Below are positions 17,052 to 26,588 of a stretch of DNA of 38,438 bases, one piece after another (the stretch's first letter is position 1; each line of letters starts with the position of its first letter). The notes under the pieces are model-generated. The model made no database searches. It saw only the letters and a program-made list of their open reading frames with translations, and had not been told where the DNA came from. The translations under genes were made by a program, and so were the position numbers. Source of the DNA: an uncultured Clostridia bacterium (GTDB lineage Bacteria > Bacillota > Clostridia > Lachnospirales > Lachnospiraceae); assembly GCA_947304065.1 (NCBI GenBank), contig CAMZAI010000001.1, positions 1-38,438 on the forward strand, read 5' to 3'.

Positions 17052-18116
17052 ATGAAAAAGATTGTAGTTTTATTACTTGTTCTGGTAATGGGACTTTCGA
17101 CTCTGACCGCATGCGGTAAGAAGTCGGGCGGAACCAAGGTCGGCGTTTCGATGCCTACCAAGGATCTGCAGAGATGGAATCAGGACGGCGACAACATGAA
17201 GAAGAAGCTTGAAGAAGCAGGTTACACCGTAGATCTTCAGTATGCTTCGAATCAGGTTGAGACTCAGGTTTCACAGATCGAGAACATGATCAGCTCGGGC
17301 TGCAAGGTTCTGGTTATCGCATCTATCGAAGGCGATTCACTCGGAACAGTTCTTGAGCAGGCAAAGGAAAAAGGCATCAAGGTTATCGCTTATGACCGCC
17401 TTATCCTGAACTCCGACGCAGTTACCTACTATGCTACATTTGATAACTACATGGTAGGAACCAAGCAGGGCGAGTACATTGAGTCACAGCTTAATCTGAA
17501 GAGCGGCGCAGGCCCCTTCAATATCGAGCTCATCACCGGTGACCCCGGCGACAACAACGCAAGATTCTTCTTCGGCGGCGCTATGGACGTTCTTCAGAAG
17601 TACATCGACAACGGACAGCTCGTTGTAAAGTCCGGCCAGAAGGATTTCGATACCGTTGCAACACAGAGCTGGTCGACAGAGAACGCACAGAACAGATTTG
17701 ACGCTATCATTTCCGCAAACTATGCAGACGGAACACAGCTTGATGCTGTTTTGGCTTCCAACGACTCAACCGCTATGGGCGTTACAAACTCACTTGAAGC
17801 CAACTATGCAGGAAACCACAGCAACTGGCCCATCATCACCGGTCAGGACTGCGATATCGCAAACGTTAAGAACATGATCGCAGGCAAGCAGGCAATGTCG
17901 ATCTTCAAGGATACCCGTGACCTCGCTGCAAAGACCGTAGAGATGGTTGACGCTATCATGCAGGGCAAGGAAGCTCCCGTTAACGATACCAAGACCTATA
18001 ACAATGGAGTGCTCGTTGTTCCTTCATACCTTTGCGAGCCTGTATTCGCAGATGTTAACAACTACAAGAAACTGCTTATCGACTCGGGCTATTACAAGGA
18101 GTCAGATCTTCAGTGA
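17052..18116 (+). CDS. chvE: Multiple-monosaccharide ABC transporter substrate-binding lipoprotein (ChvE-like)
   Basis: Lipobox LTACG. VGVSMPTKDLQRWNQDG and KVIAYDRLI are typical of ChvE-type binding proteins. ATG at 17052 after AGGAGGG. Confidence 0.88.
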   Translation: MKKIVVLLLVLVMGLSTLTACGKKSGGTKVGVSMPTKDLQRWNQDGDNMKKKLEEAGYTVDLQYASNQVETQVSQIENMISSGCKVLVIASIEGDSLGTVLEQAKEKGIKVIAYDRLILNSDAVTYYATFDNYMVGTKQGEYIESQLNLKSGAGPFNIELITGDPGDNNARFFFGGAMDVLQKYIDNGQLVVKSGQKDFDTVATQSWSTENAQNRFDAIISANYADGTQLDAVLASNDSTAMGVTNSLEANYAGNHSNWPIITGQDCDIANVKNMIAGKQAMSIFKDTRDLAAKTVEMVDAIMQGKEAPVNDTKTYNNGVLVVPSYLCEPVFADVNNYKKLLIDSGYYKESDLQ

Positions 18117-18137
18117 TCAATAAATAACACGGAAGGG

Positions 18138-18159
18138 CAGGCGGGCTTTGTCCCGCCTG
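18138..18159 (+). terminator. Intra-operon hairpin between the binding-protein and ATPase genes (partial terminator or stabiliser)
   Basis: Stem CAGGCGGG / CCCGCCTG with a 6-nt loop. Only a short T-tract follows. Confidence 0.4.
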
Positions 18160-18199
18160 TTAATTCTGAACAGATATGAAAAGAAAGGGAGGATTGAAA

Positions 18200-19726
18200 T
18201 TGGCTAAGATATTGCTTGAAATGAGAGACATAACCAAGACCTTCCCCGGTGTTAAAGCGCTCAGCAACGTTAATCTTAAGGTGGAAGAAGGCGAGATCCA
18301 CGCCCTGGTCGGCGAGAACGGCGCCGGAAAATCCACACTGATGAATGTCTTAAGCGGAATATATCCGTACGGTACTTATGAGGGAGACATCGTCTACGAC
18401 GGTGAGGTTTGTAAGTTTAACAAGATCAAGGACAGTGAAGCAAAGGGAATAGTTATCATTCACCAGGAGCTGGCACTGGTTCCTTATATGACGATCGGCG
18501 AGAACATGTTTCTCGGCAATGAACGCGGAAGCAAATTCCGCATTAACTGGAACGAAACGAATGAGCTTGCGGCGAAATACCTGAAAATGGTCGGCTTGAA
18601 TGAGTCTCCGCAGGTTCTGATTAAAGATATAGGTGTCGGTAAACAGCAGCTTGTAGAGATCGCGAAGGCCATGGCCAAAAACGCGCGTCTCCTTATCCTT
18701 GACGAGCCCACCGCGTCGCTTAACGAGGAGGACTCCAGGGCACTTTTGGACCTTCTGCTCAAGTTCAAGCAGAACGGACTTACTTCTATCATCATTTCAC
18801 ACAAGCTGAACGAGGTTTCTTATGTTGCGGACAAGATCACGGTCATCCGTGACGGCTGCACGATCGAGACGCTGGACAAGAATGTCGACGATTTCTCCGA
18901 GGCACGCATCATCAAAGGCATGGTAGGACGAGAGATCGCGGATCGTTTCCCTAAGCGTGAGAAACACATCGGAGACATCAAGCTTGAGGTAAGGAACTGG
19001 ACCGCTTATCATCCTCTCTATTCCGGACGCAAGGTTGTCGACAATGTCAACTTCAACGTGCGCAGGGGCGAGATCGTGGGCATATCCGGACTCATGGGCG
19101 CGGGACGTACGGAGCTCGCGATGAGTCTTTTCGGAAAGAGCTACGGCGACAATATTTCCGGACAGGTATTCATTGACGGCAAGGAAGTTCACATGAATAC
19201 CGTTAAGGAAGCGATCGCTCATAAGCTGGCTTACGTTACCGAGGACAGAAAGGGCAACGGACTTATCCTTTCCAATACGATTAAGCTCAACACGACACTG
19301 GCTAATCTGGAAGAAGTAAGCTCACACAGTGTCATCGACAAGGACAGGGAATTCGCGGCTGCGGACGACTACAGGAAAAAGCTTTCGATCAAATGTCCTT
19401 CGGTTGAACAGAACGTAGGCAATCTTTCGGGCGGAAACATGCAGAAGGTGCTTCTCGCCAAATGGATGTTCGCAACGCCGGATATCCTGATACTCGACGA
19501 ACCCACGAGAGGTATAGATGTCGGCGCCAAGTATGAGATCTACTGCATTATGAACCAGCTGGTGGCAGAAGGAAAATCGGTCATCATGATCTCTTCAGAG
19601 ATGCCCGAGATACTCGGCATGTGTGACAGGATATACATAATGAACGAAGGCAGAATGGTAGGTGAACTTGATGCTTCCGAAGCTTCTCAGGAAGCCATCA
19701 TGTCGCATATCATCAAAGCCGGTTAA
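18200..19726 (+). CDS. gguA: Sugar ABC transporter ATP-binding protein with duplicated NBDs (GguA/MglA/XylG type)
   Basis: Walker [14 protein letters not shown] signatures in both halves, and [10 protein letters not shown] typical of GguA. The TTG at 18200 follows AAGGGAGG by 7 nt. The ATG at 18176 has no RBS. Confidence 0.9.
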   Translation: MAKILLEMRDITKTFPGVKALSNVNLKVEEGEIHALVGENGAGKSTLMNVLSGIYPYGTYEGDIVYDGEVCKFNKIKDSEAKGIVIIHQELALVPYMTIGENMFLGNERGSKFRINWNETNELAAKYLKMVGLNESPQVLIKDIGVGKQQLVEIAKAMAKNARLLILDEPTASLNEEDSRALLDLLLKFKQNGLTSIIISHKLNEVSYVADKITVIRDGCTIETLDKNVDDFSEARIIKGMVGREIADRFPKREKHIGDIKLEVRNWTAYHPLYSGRKVVDNVNFNVRRGEIVGISGLMGAGRTELAMSLFGKSYGDNISGQVFIDGKEVHMNTVKEAIAHKLAYVTEDRKGNGLILSNTIKLNTTLANLEEVSSHSVIDKDREFAAADDYRKKLSIKCPSVEQNVGNLSGGNMQKVLLAKWMFATPDILILDEPTRGIDVGAKYEIYCIMNQLVAEGKSVIMISSEMPEILGMCDRIYIMNEGRMVGELDASEASQEAIMSHIIKAG

Positions 19727-19742
19727 TTAGTGAGGTTGAAAA

Positions 19743-20930
19743 ATGACAAATACTAAACTGCTTGAATTTACAAAAAAATATACGATGATCATCGTACTTG
19801 TCCTGGTATTCGGACTGTTTGCCATTTTGACCGGAGGAAGCATCCTGCTCCCCGCAAACATTTCAAATATCATCTCACAGAACGCGTACGTATTCATCCT
19901 CGCGACGGGCATGCTGCTCTGTATCCTGACAGGCGGAAACATCGATCTTTCGGTAGGTTCTGTAGTATGCTTCGTAGGCGCTGTCGGAGCGAAGCTGATG
20001 GTAGAGCTTAAAGTCCCGATGATCCTTACGGTACTCATCATGCTGGTCGTAGGTACTGCGATCGGCGCATTCCAGGCCTTCTGGATCGCTTATGTAAGAA
20101 TTCCTCCGTTCATTGTTACCCTGGCAGGCATGCTTGCATTCAGAGGCTTGAGCAACGTAGTCTTAAACGGTCTTACCATTTCGGTCAAGGAATGTACTTC
20201 CTTCGTTAATCTGTTCGGAGGCGGTGCAAACTGCTACATTCCGGATGTCTTTAATTTCGGCGGGATCAACGGATTATGTCTTATCGTAGGCATTGTCTTT
20301 GCGGCACTGTATGTTGTGCTGGAGCTTAAAAAGAGACTTACGAAGATCAAAAAGGATTATGAAGTCGAGTCTGCGGTTTCATTCTGGGTCAAGACAGTAC
20401 TCATTGCGGCGGTTATTTTTGCATTCGCGTTCAGACTGGCTCAGCACAAAGGAATTCCGACGGTACTCATCTGGGTATTCCTGGTGATCCTGATCTACGG
20501 ATATATTACCTCTAACACTACAGTGGGACGTTCGTTCTATGCGGTCGGCGGTAATGAGAAGGCTACCAAGCTTTCCGGTATCAATACCAATAAGGTTTAT
20601 TTCCTCGCATATACCAACATGGGCCTTCTTGCGGCACTTGCGGGAATGGTTACCATCGCGCGTCTGACTTCGGCTCAGCCGACTTACGGACAGAACTACG
20701 AGATGGACGCGATCGGTTCCTGCTTTATCGGCGGCGCTTCGGCTTACGGCGGAATCGGTACCGTTCCCGGCGTTATCGTTGGTGCGGTCCTCATGGGCGT
20801 TATCAATATGGGTATGTCCCTGATGGGCGTTGATGCGAATATGCAGAAAGTTGTAAAGGGTATGGTTCTTCTCGCGGCCGTTATCTTCGATGTAGTATCG
20901 AAGCGCGGCAAGTGGTTTGCAAAGGGCTGA
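19743..20930 (+). CDS. gguB: Sugar ABC transporter permease (GguB/XylH type)
   Basis: 395-aa polytopic protein with the ribose/xylose-family permease pattern (GGNIDLSVGS, TSAQPTYG). Confidence 0.9.
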   Translation: MTNTKLLEFTKKYTMIIVLVLVFGLFAILTGGSILLPANISNIISQNAYVFILATGMLLCILTGGNIDLSVGSVVCFVGAVGAKLMVELKVPMILTVLIMLVVGTAIGAFQAFWIAYVRIPPFIVTLAGMLAFRGLSNVVLNGLTISVKECTSFVNLFGGGANCYIPDVFNFGGINGLCLIVGIVFAALYVVLELKKRLTKIKKDYEVESAVSFWVKTVLIAAVIFAFAFRLAQHKGIPTVLIWVFLVILIYGYITSNTTVGRSFYAVGGNEKATKLSGINTNKVYFLAYTNMGLLAALAGMVTIARLTSAQPTYGQNYEMDAIGSCFIGGASAYGGIGTVPGVIVGAVLMGVINMGMSLMGVDANMQKVVKGMVLLAAVIFDVVSKRGKWFAKG

Positions 20931-20956
20931 TTACTGTTTCTTCATAATTTTACGGG

Positions 20957-20990
20957 GGACCGGGTAAAACCGGTCCTTCGTATTTTTTTT
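20957..20990 (+). terminator. Rho-independent terminator
   Basis: Stem GGACCGG / CCGGTCC with loop GTAAAA. A T8 run ends at 20990. Confidence 0.75.
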
Positions 20991-21084
20991 GGAAAGATTG
21001 CAGAAAAAAAAGAATGCGCTATAATGCAAGTAGAGGGGATTAACGCGCCTTGCACGATGCGTATAAAAGAGGAGGCAGTATCCG

Positions 21085-24000
21085 ATGAATAAGTGGAAGA
21101 CATGGCATATCGTTCTGTTTGTAGCAATGTGCGTAAGCTTAAATGTTGGCGGCAGACTTTTGGCGGTCAAATGGGAGCTTCCGCTCTGGGCAGATTCATT
21201 TGGGACTGCTCTTTGCGCGTATATCGCGGGTCCTGTATGCGGCGCCGTGGTCGGACTGACCGGCAATCTGGCGTACAGCGTGGTCAATAACTTTTCTGCT
21301 GCGTATTCCGTAACCAGCATCGCATTGGGCATAATTGTGGGCATGGCCGCGAAGCACAGATGGTTCGATCAGTTCTACGGCTTCATGAAGGCTGCTTCCC
21401 TCGCAGTGCTTACCGCGCTGATCGTATCGGTGCCCGTGAATATCATCCTTAACGAGGGCCTTACCGGCAATAAATGGGGCAACGGCGTCATTGCCTATCT
21501 CCTCGGAAAGAGATGGCCGGACCTGATCTGCTCAATACTTGGCCAGCTGGCCATCGAGTTCCCCGATAAGGTGCTCACGATCGCCGCTGTTTATATAGTA
21601 ATTCTTATCAGGCGAATCCACCGCAGCCGCAGTGCAGAAGAAACCTTAAAGCACGATGCGGAGGTAGCTTCGCTTGCGCTTCTTTGTGTTCTTATAGGCT
21701 TTTCTTCGCCGGTGAGTGCGAGTGCGGCAGCTTCAGCCGAAACAACCGACTATAACGATTATGTCCAGAGCGTCTACAGCAGCAATAACGGACTTCCCTG
21801 CGGTGAAGCCAACGATATCGCGCAGACGAACGACGGCGTGCTCTGGATCGGTACATACGCGGGACTTTACCGCTATAACGGACGTGAGTTTCGCTGGGTA
21901 GACAACTACGAATCCGTTAAGAATGTCAACTGCCTTTACGTGGATCAGGAGGGACGTCTCTGGATCGGTACGAACGATAACGGTCTGGCGATCGCTATCC
22001 GCGAGAAGGTTGTAAATGTGCTCGATCAGTCGAGCGGACTTCCTTCCAATTCGGTCAGATGCATTATCCGTGCCGAGGACGGCTATTATTATGTCGGAAC
22101 CACGGGCGCGATGCAGATACTCGAGATGAATAACGGTCTGAAGGCCGTGAAAACGCTGGATGATGTCAATTACGCGGACAGCATTACCGCGGACCGCCGG
22201 GGCTATGTGGCGGCGATCGCTTCCGACGGCAGGATGTTTCTGTTGAAAGGCGGACAGATACTTACTTCACTGCAGCTGCCCGACGGGCAGGATATCTTCA
22301 ACTGCTGCGCGTTCGCACCCGGAGGCACGCTGATGGTCGGCACTTCGACCAATCATATCTACTGCTACGATGTTTCGGGAGATGAATTTAAGCAGATCAG
22401 CGTCACAACATGTGAGGATGTTGCAAGCATCAACAATCTGAACTATCTGGATGATGGAACACTGTTCATATCCACCGACAGCGGCATATCCTACATTGAT
22501 ACGACCGGCTACCATAAGCTGAATACAAACGATTTCAATAACTCGATCGACAACATGCTCTATGACTACCAGGGCAATCTCTGGTTCACTTCCTCCAGAC
22601 TCGGACTGCTGCGCCTTGCAAAGTCCCCTTTCAAGGATGTGTACGGTTCTGTGGGAATGGAGAGAAGAGTTGTCAATGCGATCGTTTTCTGGGAAGGCGA
22701 CTATTACATCGGCACCGACAAGGGACTCGACGTAGTGGATAAGGCCTGCAGGAACGAAATAGAGAACGATCTGACAAAGGAACTGGAAGGCAAGCGTATC
22801 CGCTGCATGTACGTGGACGGACGCAATCATCTCTGGGTCTGCACCTACGGAAGCGGTCTGATGGAGTATGCACCGAACGGCGAGTCATGGTCCTACAACG
22901 CCGAGAACGGAAGCTTCGGAAGCCGCGCGAGACTGGTTACCGGACTTTCGGACGGAACTATTCTGGCAGCAGGCGATACGGGCATCAGCTTCATAAAGGA
23001 TCATAAGATAGAGCGCACCATCAGCAACGGGGACGGACTGATCAATTCGATGATCCTGACGGCTACCGAAATGAGCGACGGAACTATCCTTGCAGGCACG
23101 GACGGCGACGGTATCGCAGTCATTAAAGACGGCGCGGTAACCAGAATGCTGACGCGCGACGACGGCCTAAGCAGCGGAGTTATCCTGCGTACGGTAAAGG
23201 ACACGAAGTCCGAGGGCGTGTTCGTTGTTACAAGCAACAGCCTGTGCTATCTCGGACCGACCGGTCTGATCACGGTACTCGATAAGTTCCCTTATTTCAA
23301 CAACTATGACATCTGGGTAAAGGATGAAGATACGCTCTTTGTTATGTCCAGCGCCGGAATCTATGTCGTGGAGCGCGACGAGCTCGTGTCGGGCGGCGAT
23401 ATGGTCTGGGAGCTTCTGGACGCGAGAAGAGGTCTGGGTACATCCCTTACGGCGAATTCCTGGAACTATTACAACGGCAAAGGCGAGCTGTTCCTTCCCT
23501 GCGATACCGGCGTATACAAGATCGACGTGGATAAGTATAACAGCGATGTGCGTTCTTACCGCATGCAGCTGGCATCGGTACGTCTGGAAGATGTTCTGCA
23601 GCCTCCCGTAAGAGCGGGAGCAATCACGGTCGGGCAGGGTGTTACCCGTATCGAGCTGAGCCCCGAGATACTGAATTATACGATCCAGGAGCCCAATGTC
23701 GGTTACCGTCTTGACGGTTTTGACAGGGAGGGGTATTGGACGATAGTGCCCCAGAGCAGCCTGGGCAATATCAATTATCCAAATCTTCGCGCAGGAAAAT
23801 ATACCTTCCGCCTTGCGATCTTTGACAGTGCGGGAGAGAAGGTGCTTGAGGAGCGTACCTTTGAGATAGTAAAAGAGGGCGAGTTCTATGAGAAGCCCGG
23901 GTTCACCACATATATGCTGCTGGTTCTTTCAGCCTTCATCGTATGGGTCACATGGATGACGGTGCAGAGGCAGCTCAACAAGCAGCAGATCAAGCTGAAT

Positions 24001-24744
24001 ATGGCCAATGAAACAGTCATGGCCATAGCGAACGCAGTCGATGCCAAGGATGTGCGTACACATCAGCATTCGCAGCGTGTTGCCGAGTATTCGGAGATGA
24101 TCGCGCAGGAGATGAACTGCTTCAAATGGTGGGAGCGCAGAAAAGCTCTTTCCAACCTTAAAAAGGCTGCGCAGATGCACGATATCGGTAAGATCGGTAT
24201 CCCCGACAGCGTACTGAACAAGGTCGGGCGACTGACCGACGAAGAATACGCGAAGATGAAGTCGCATGTAATACGCGGTGCCGAGATCCTGAAGGATTTC
24301 ACGCTCGTTGAGCATGTTGAGGACGGAACGAAATACCATCATGAGCGCTATGACGGACGCGGATATCCCGAAGGCCTCGCAGGCGAGCAGATCCCGCTGT
24401 TCGCAAGGATCATCGGGGTGGCGGACGCATTCGATGCGATGACTTCAAACCGTGTTTACCGCAACCACATGGACACCGATTATGTAATGAATGAAATGAA
24501 GCGCGGAAGGGGAACACAGTTCGATCCCGATGCACTGGACGCGTTCCTTCGTCTGGTCGACAAAAATGTGATAAATCTGGAAGAACTCTACGCGCAGAAG
24601 CGTGCCGAGATACAGGCGGCGGAAGACGAAGAGGCGCAGGAAGAACTCCGGAGACGTGTGGAAGAGGATAAGAAGATACAGGCTTCCGAGATGCAAAGCG
24701 GCGGAAAGAGCGATCCTACCGACGAGAAAGGAGAGAAGGCATGA
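21085..24744 (+). CDS. Multidomain HD-GYP protein: N-terminal polytopic membrane module + Reg_prop beta-propeller repeats + Y_Y_Y domain + TM + HD-GYP c-di-GMP phosphodiesterase domain
   Basis: Repeats such as NDGVLWIGTYAGLYRYNG and DQEGRLWIGTNDNGL. Y_Y_Y-like YRLDGFDREGYW..AGKYTFRL. HD-GYP motifs MHDIGK and HHERYDGRGYP. About 185 N-terminal residues form roughly 5-6 hydrophobic helices. Confidence 0.9.
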   Translation: MNKWKTWHIVLFVAMCVSLNVGGRLLAVKWELPLWADSFGTALCAYIAGPVCGAVVGLTGNLAYSVVNNFSAAYSVTSIALGIIVGMAAKHRWFDQFYGFMKAASLAVLTALIVSVPVNIILNEGLTGNKWGNGVIAYLLGKRWPDLICSILGQLAIEFPDKVLTIAAVYIVILIRRIHRSRSAEETLKHDAEVASLALLCVLIGFSSPVSASAAASAETTDYNDYVQSVYSSNNGLPCGEANDIAQTNDGVLWIGTYAGLYRYNGREFRWVDNYESVKNVNCLYVDQEGRLWIGTNDNGLAIAIREKVVNVLDQSSGLPSNSVRCIIRAEDGYYYVGTTGAMQILEMNNGLKAVKTLDDVNYADSITADRRGYVAAIASDGRMFLLKGGQILTSLQLPDGQDIFNCCAFAPGGTLMVGTSTNHIYCYDVSGDEFKQISVTTCEDVASINNLNYLDDGTLFISTDSGISYIDTTGYHKLNTNDFNNSIDNMLYDYQGNLWFTSSRLGLLRLAKSPFKDVYGSVGMERRVVNAIVFWEGDYYIGTDKGLDVVDKACRNEIENDLTKELEGKRIRCMYVDGRNHLWVCTYGSGLMEYAPNGESWSYNAENGSFGSRARLVTGLSDGTILAAGDTGISFIKDHKIERTISNGDGLINSMILTATEMSDGTILAGTDGDGIAVIKDGAVTRMLTRDDGLSSGVILRTVKDTKSEGVFVVTSNSLCYLGPTGLITVLDKFPYFNNYDIWVKDEDTLFVMSSAGIYVVERDELVSGGDMVWELLDARRGLGTSLTANSWNYYNGKGELFLPCDTGVYKIDVDKYNSDVRSYRMQLASVRLEDVLQPPVRAGAITVGQGVTRIELSPEILNYTIQEPNVGYRLDGFDREGYWTIVPQSSLGNINYPNLRAGKYTFRLAIFDSAGEKVLEERTFEIVKEGEFYEKPGFTTYMLLVLSAFIVWVTWMTVQRQLNKQQIKLNMANETVMAIANAVDAKDVRTHQHSQRVAEYSEMIAQEMNCFKWWERRKALSNLKKAAQMHDIGKIGIPDSVLNKVGRLTDEEYAKMKSHVIRGAEILKDFTLVEHVEDGTKYHHERYDGRGYPEGLAGEQIPLFARIIGVADAFDAMTSNRVYRNHMDTDYVMNEMKRGRGTQFDPDALDAFLRLVDKNVINLEELYAQKRAEIQAAEDEEAQEELRRRVEEDKKIQASEMQSGGKSDPTDEKGEKA

Positions 24745-25934
24745 AGCGTGTATACATCACGGTTGTGCTGACCTGTCTGGTCATGCTGGCAGCCTTCGTA
24801 GGACTTTTCAGAGTCCTTAACCTTTCGGGCGGACGAGATCATCTGACGATCGGATTTATCTACGATAATGACGAAAGTACTCCGTATACCTACAATTTCT
24901 CGCTCGCGAAGGACGCGGTTGAGAAGAAATACGGAAAACAGGTTGATATACTGACGCGAAGCAATGTTCTGGACAATGAAATGGAGGAGCCGCTCCGCGA
25001 ACTCGCGAACGCAGGCTGTGACATCATCTTCTTCAACGGCTACAGTGAAACGGTGATCAAGATGGCGCCGGAGTATCCGGACATTGAGTTCTGCCAGACT
25101 TCGTACATGGATATGAGCGGGCAGACGGTTCCGGAGAATTATCACACCTTTAAGGGTGAGGCATATCAGGGAAGATATGTGAGCGGAATAGCCGCGGGCA
25201 TGAAGATCAGGCAGATGATCGGCGAAGGCGTCATTACGGATGATCAGGCACTGGTGGGTTTTGTGGCCGCCTTCCCGACTTCCGAAGTAATATCGGGCTA
25301 TACAGCCTTTATCCTTGGTGTCCGTTCCGTTGTGCCCAAGGCAGTGATGAGAGTCAGATATACCCAGACCTGGAGCAGTTACGCAGAGGAAAAGAGCGCG
25401 GCAGAGAAGCTGATATCCGAGGGCTGCGTGATCATTTCGCAGCATACCGATACCATCGGTCCCGCTATTGCATGTGAGGAAACATCCGGTAAAAGGAAGG
25501 TTTACTTCGTTGGCTATAACCAGAGTATGTCAGAGGTTGCACCCGGTACATCACTTGTGACTTCGAGAGTTTGCTGGGAGCCTTATGTAGTCGCTGCAGT
25601 GGATGCCCTTATGATCAATAAGGAGATCGAAGAGGTCGTATCCGGAAAGAAACACGGAAACGACGTATCTGCGGGCTTTGAAAGAGGCTGGGTAGAGATG
25701 ATCGACCTGAACGTTCCGGTTGCGGCACCCGGCACGATGGGAGCCATCAATAACGCGATAGAGCAGTTTAAGCGCAGCGGCGGAGACTTCGTGTTCAGAG
25801 GTAATTATATCGGTGTAGATCCCGACAATCCTACAAATACGATCGATCTGACATACGGATATTCGGAGAACGCGAATACATCATATCCTTTGTTCGGATA
25901 CATTCTTACGGATATAATAACGGTAGAAGAGTAA
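24741..25934 (+). CDS. BMP-family (PnrA/Med-like) substrate-binding protein with an N-terminal membrane anchor
   Basis: A TM anchor, then the BMP-like pattern (IGFIYD.., GYNQS). Its ATG overlaps the preceding stop (ATGA). No ABC permease or ATPase is adjacent. Confidence 0.82.
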   Translation: MKRVYITVVLTCLVMLAAFVGLFRVLNLSGGRDHLTIGFIYDNDESTPYTYNFSLAKDAVEKKYGKQVDILTRSNVLDNEMEEPLRELANAGCDIIFFNGYSETVIKMAPEYPDIEFCQTSYMDMSGQTVPENYHTFKGEAYQGRYVSGIAAGMKIRQMIGEGVITDDQALVGFVAAFPTSEVISGYTAFILGVRSVVPKAVMRVRYTQTWSSYAEEKSAAEKLISEGCVIISQHTDTIGPAIACEETSGKRKVYFVGYNQSMSEVAPGTSLVTSRVCWEPYVVAAVDALMINKEIEEVVSGKKHGNDVSAGFERGWVEMIDLNVPVAAPGTMGAINNAIEQFKRSGGDFVFRGNYIGVDPDNPTNTIDLTYGYSENANTSYPLFGYILTDIITVEE

Positions 25935-25951
25935 AAAGAAATACGCATGAT

Positions 25952-25980
25952 AAAGGCCATGGGACGATCCCATGGCCTTT
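25952..25980. terminator. Bidirectional hairpin terminator between the BMP gene and the convergent dtxR-family gene
   Basis: 13-bp stem AAAGGCCATGGGA / TCCCATGGCCTTT with a 3-nt loop. Confidence 0.7.
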
Positions 25981-25986
25981 AGTTTC

Positions 25987-26367
25987 TTACTTATTTTTCG
26001 TTCCGTACTTTTTCATGTGAGCCTTGATCGCATCGAAGGTTTTGTCGCTGATATAGTGCTCGATGCGGCAGGCGTCCTCAGCGGCAGTCTCTTCGTCCAC
26101 GCCGAGATTCATGAAGAGGGTGGAGAGCACCGTGTGACGTTCGTAAATACGTTTCGCGAGTATCTCGCCCGCAGTGGTCAGTTTAAGGTAACCGTCGTTA
26201 TCCTTTTTTACCAGGCCTTCATCCTTTAAAAGCCCGAGAGCACGGCTGACAGACGGCTTTGAATAGCCGAGATAGTCGCCGACGTCTATCGCGCGGACAG
26301 CGCTCGAATTCTGTGAAAGCACATATATGGCCTCAATATACATTTCTCCCGATTCCTGCAACGCCAT
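25987..26367 (-). CDS. DtxR/MntR-family metal-dependent transcriptional repressor (short form, no SH3-like domain)
   Basis: The HTH KPSVSRAL and metal-site motif ACRIEH match DtxR-type site-2 residues (Cys, Glu, His). ATG at 26367 follows GGGAGGAGG. Confidence 0.9.
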   Translation of the reverse strand: MALQESGEMYIEAIYVLSQNSSAVRAIDVGDYLGYSKPSVSRALGLLKDEGLVKKDNDGYLKLTTAGEILAKRIYERHTVLSTLFMNLGVDEETAAEDACRIEHYISDKTFDAIKAHMKKYGTKNK

Positions 26368-26478
26368 ATCAGGGGACCTCCTCCCATATTTCCTTATTAG
26401 AAACAGTTTACCACATTGCGCCGCATCGTTCAATCGGATTGCCTAAGAAGTGATTCTAAAAAAAATATAAAATAATGC

Positions 26479-26507
26479 TTGACAAGTTAGTCTAGGCTAA
26501 TTATAAT
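26479..26507 (+). promoter_or_regulatory. Putative feo operon promoter
   Basis: TTGACA (26479-26484), 17 nt, TATAAT (26502-26507). The spacer is occupied by the first TTAG-N6-CTAA box. Confidence 0.55.
26487..26500. promoter_or_regulatory. TTAG-N6-CTAA box 1 (candidate DtxR-family operator)
   Basis: TTAGTCTAGGCTAA lies between the -35 and -10 of the feo promoter. Confidence 0.5.
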
Positions 26508-26514
26508 CGGTTTT

Positions 26515-26531
26515 GGTTAGCGGGAGCTAAC
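26515..26531. promoter_or_regulatory. TTAG-N6-CTAA box 2
   Basis: GGTTAGCGGGAGCTAAC. The arms GTTAGC/GCTAAC are perfectly complementary. Confidence 0.55.
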
Positions 26532-26547
26532 ACTTTTTAAGGCATTG

Positions 26548-26563
26548 GGTTAGCCAAGGCTAA
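26548..26563. promoter_or_regulatory. TTAG-N6-CTAA box 3
   Basis: GGTTAGCCAAGGCTAA. The arms TTAGCC/GGCTAA are perfectly complementary. Confidence 0.55.
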
Positions 26564-26588
26564 TCATAAAGATATAAGGAGGAACAGC

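Noticed and set aside
18176-18199. ATG at 18176 as the start of the ABC ATPase
   Set aside because: It lies 16 nt after the intra-operon hairpin and has no RBS. The TTG at 18200 follows AAGGGAGG by 7 nt and gives the usual N-terminus (..[12 protein letters not shown]). I kept it as an alternative because ATG is the more common start codon.
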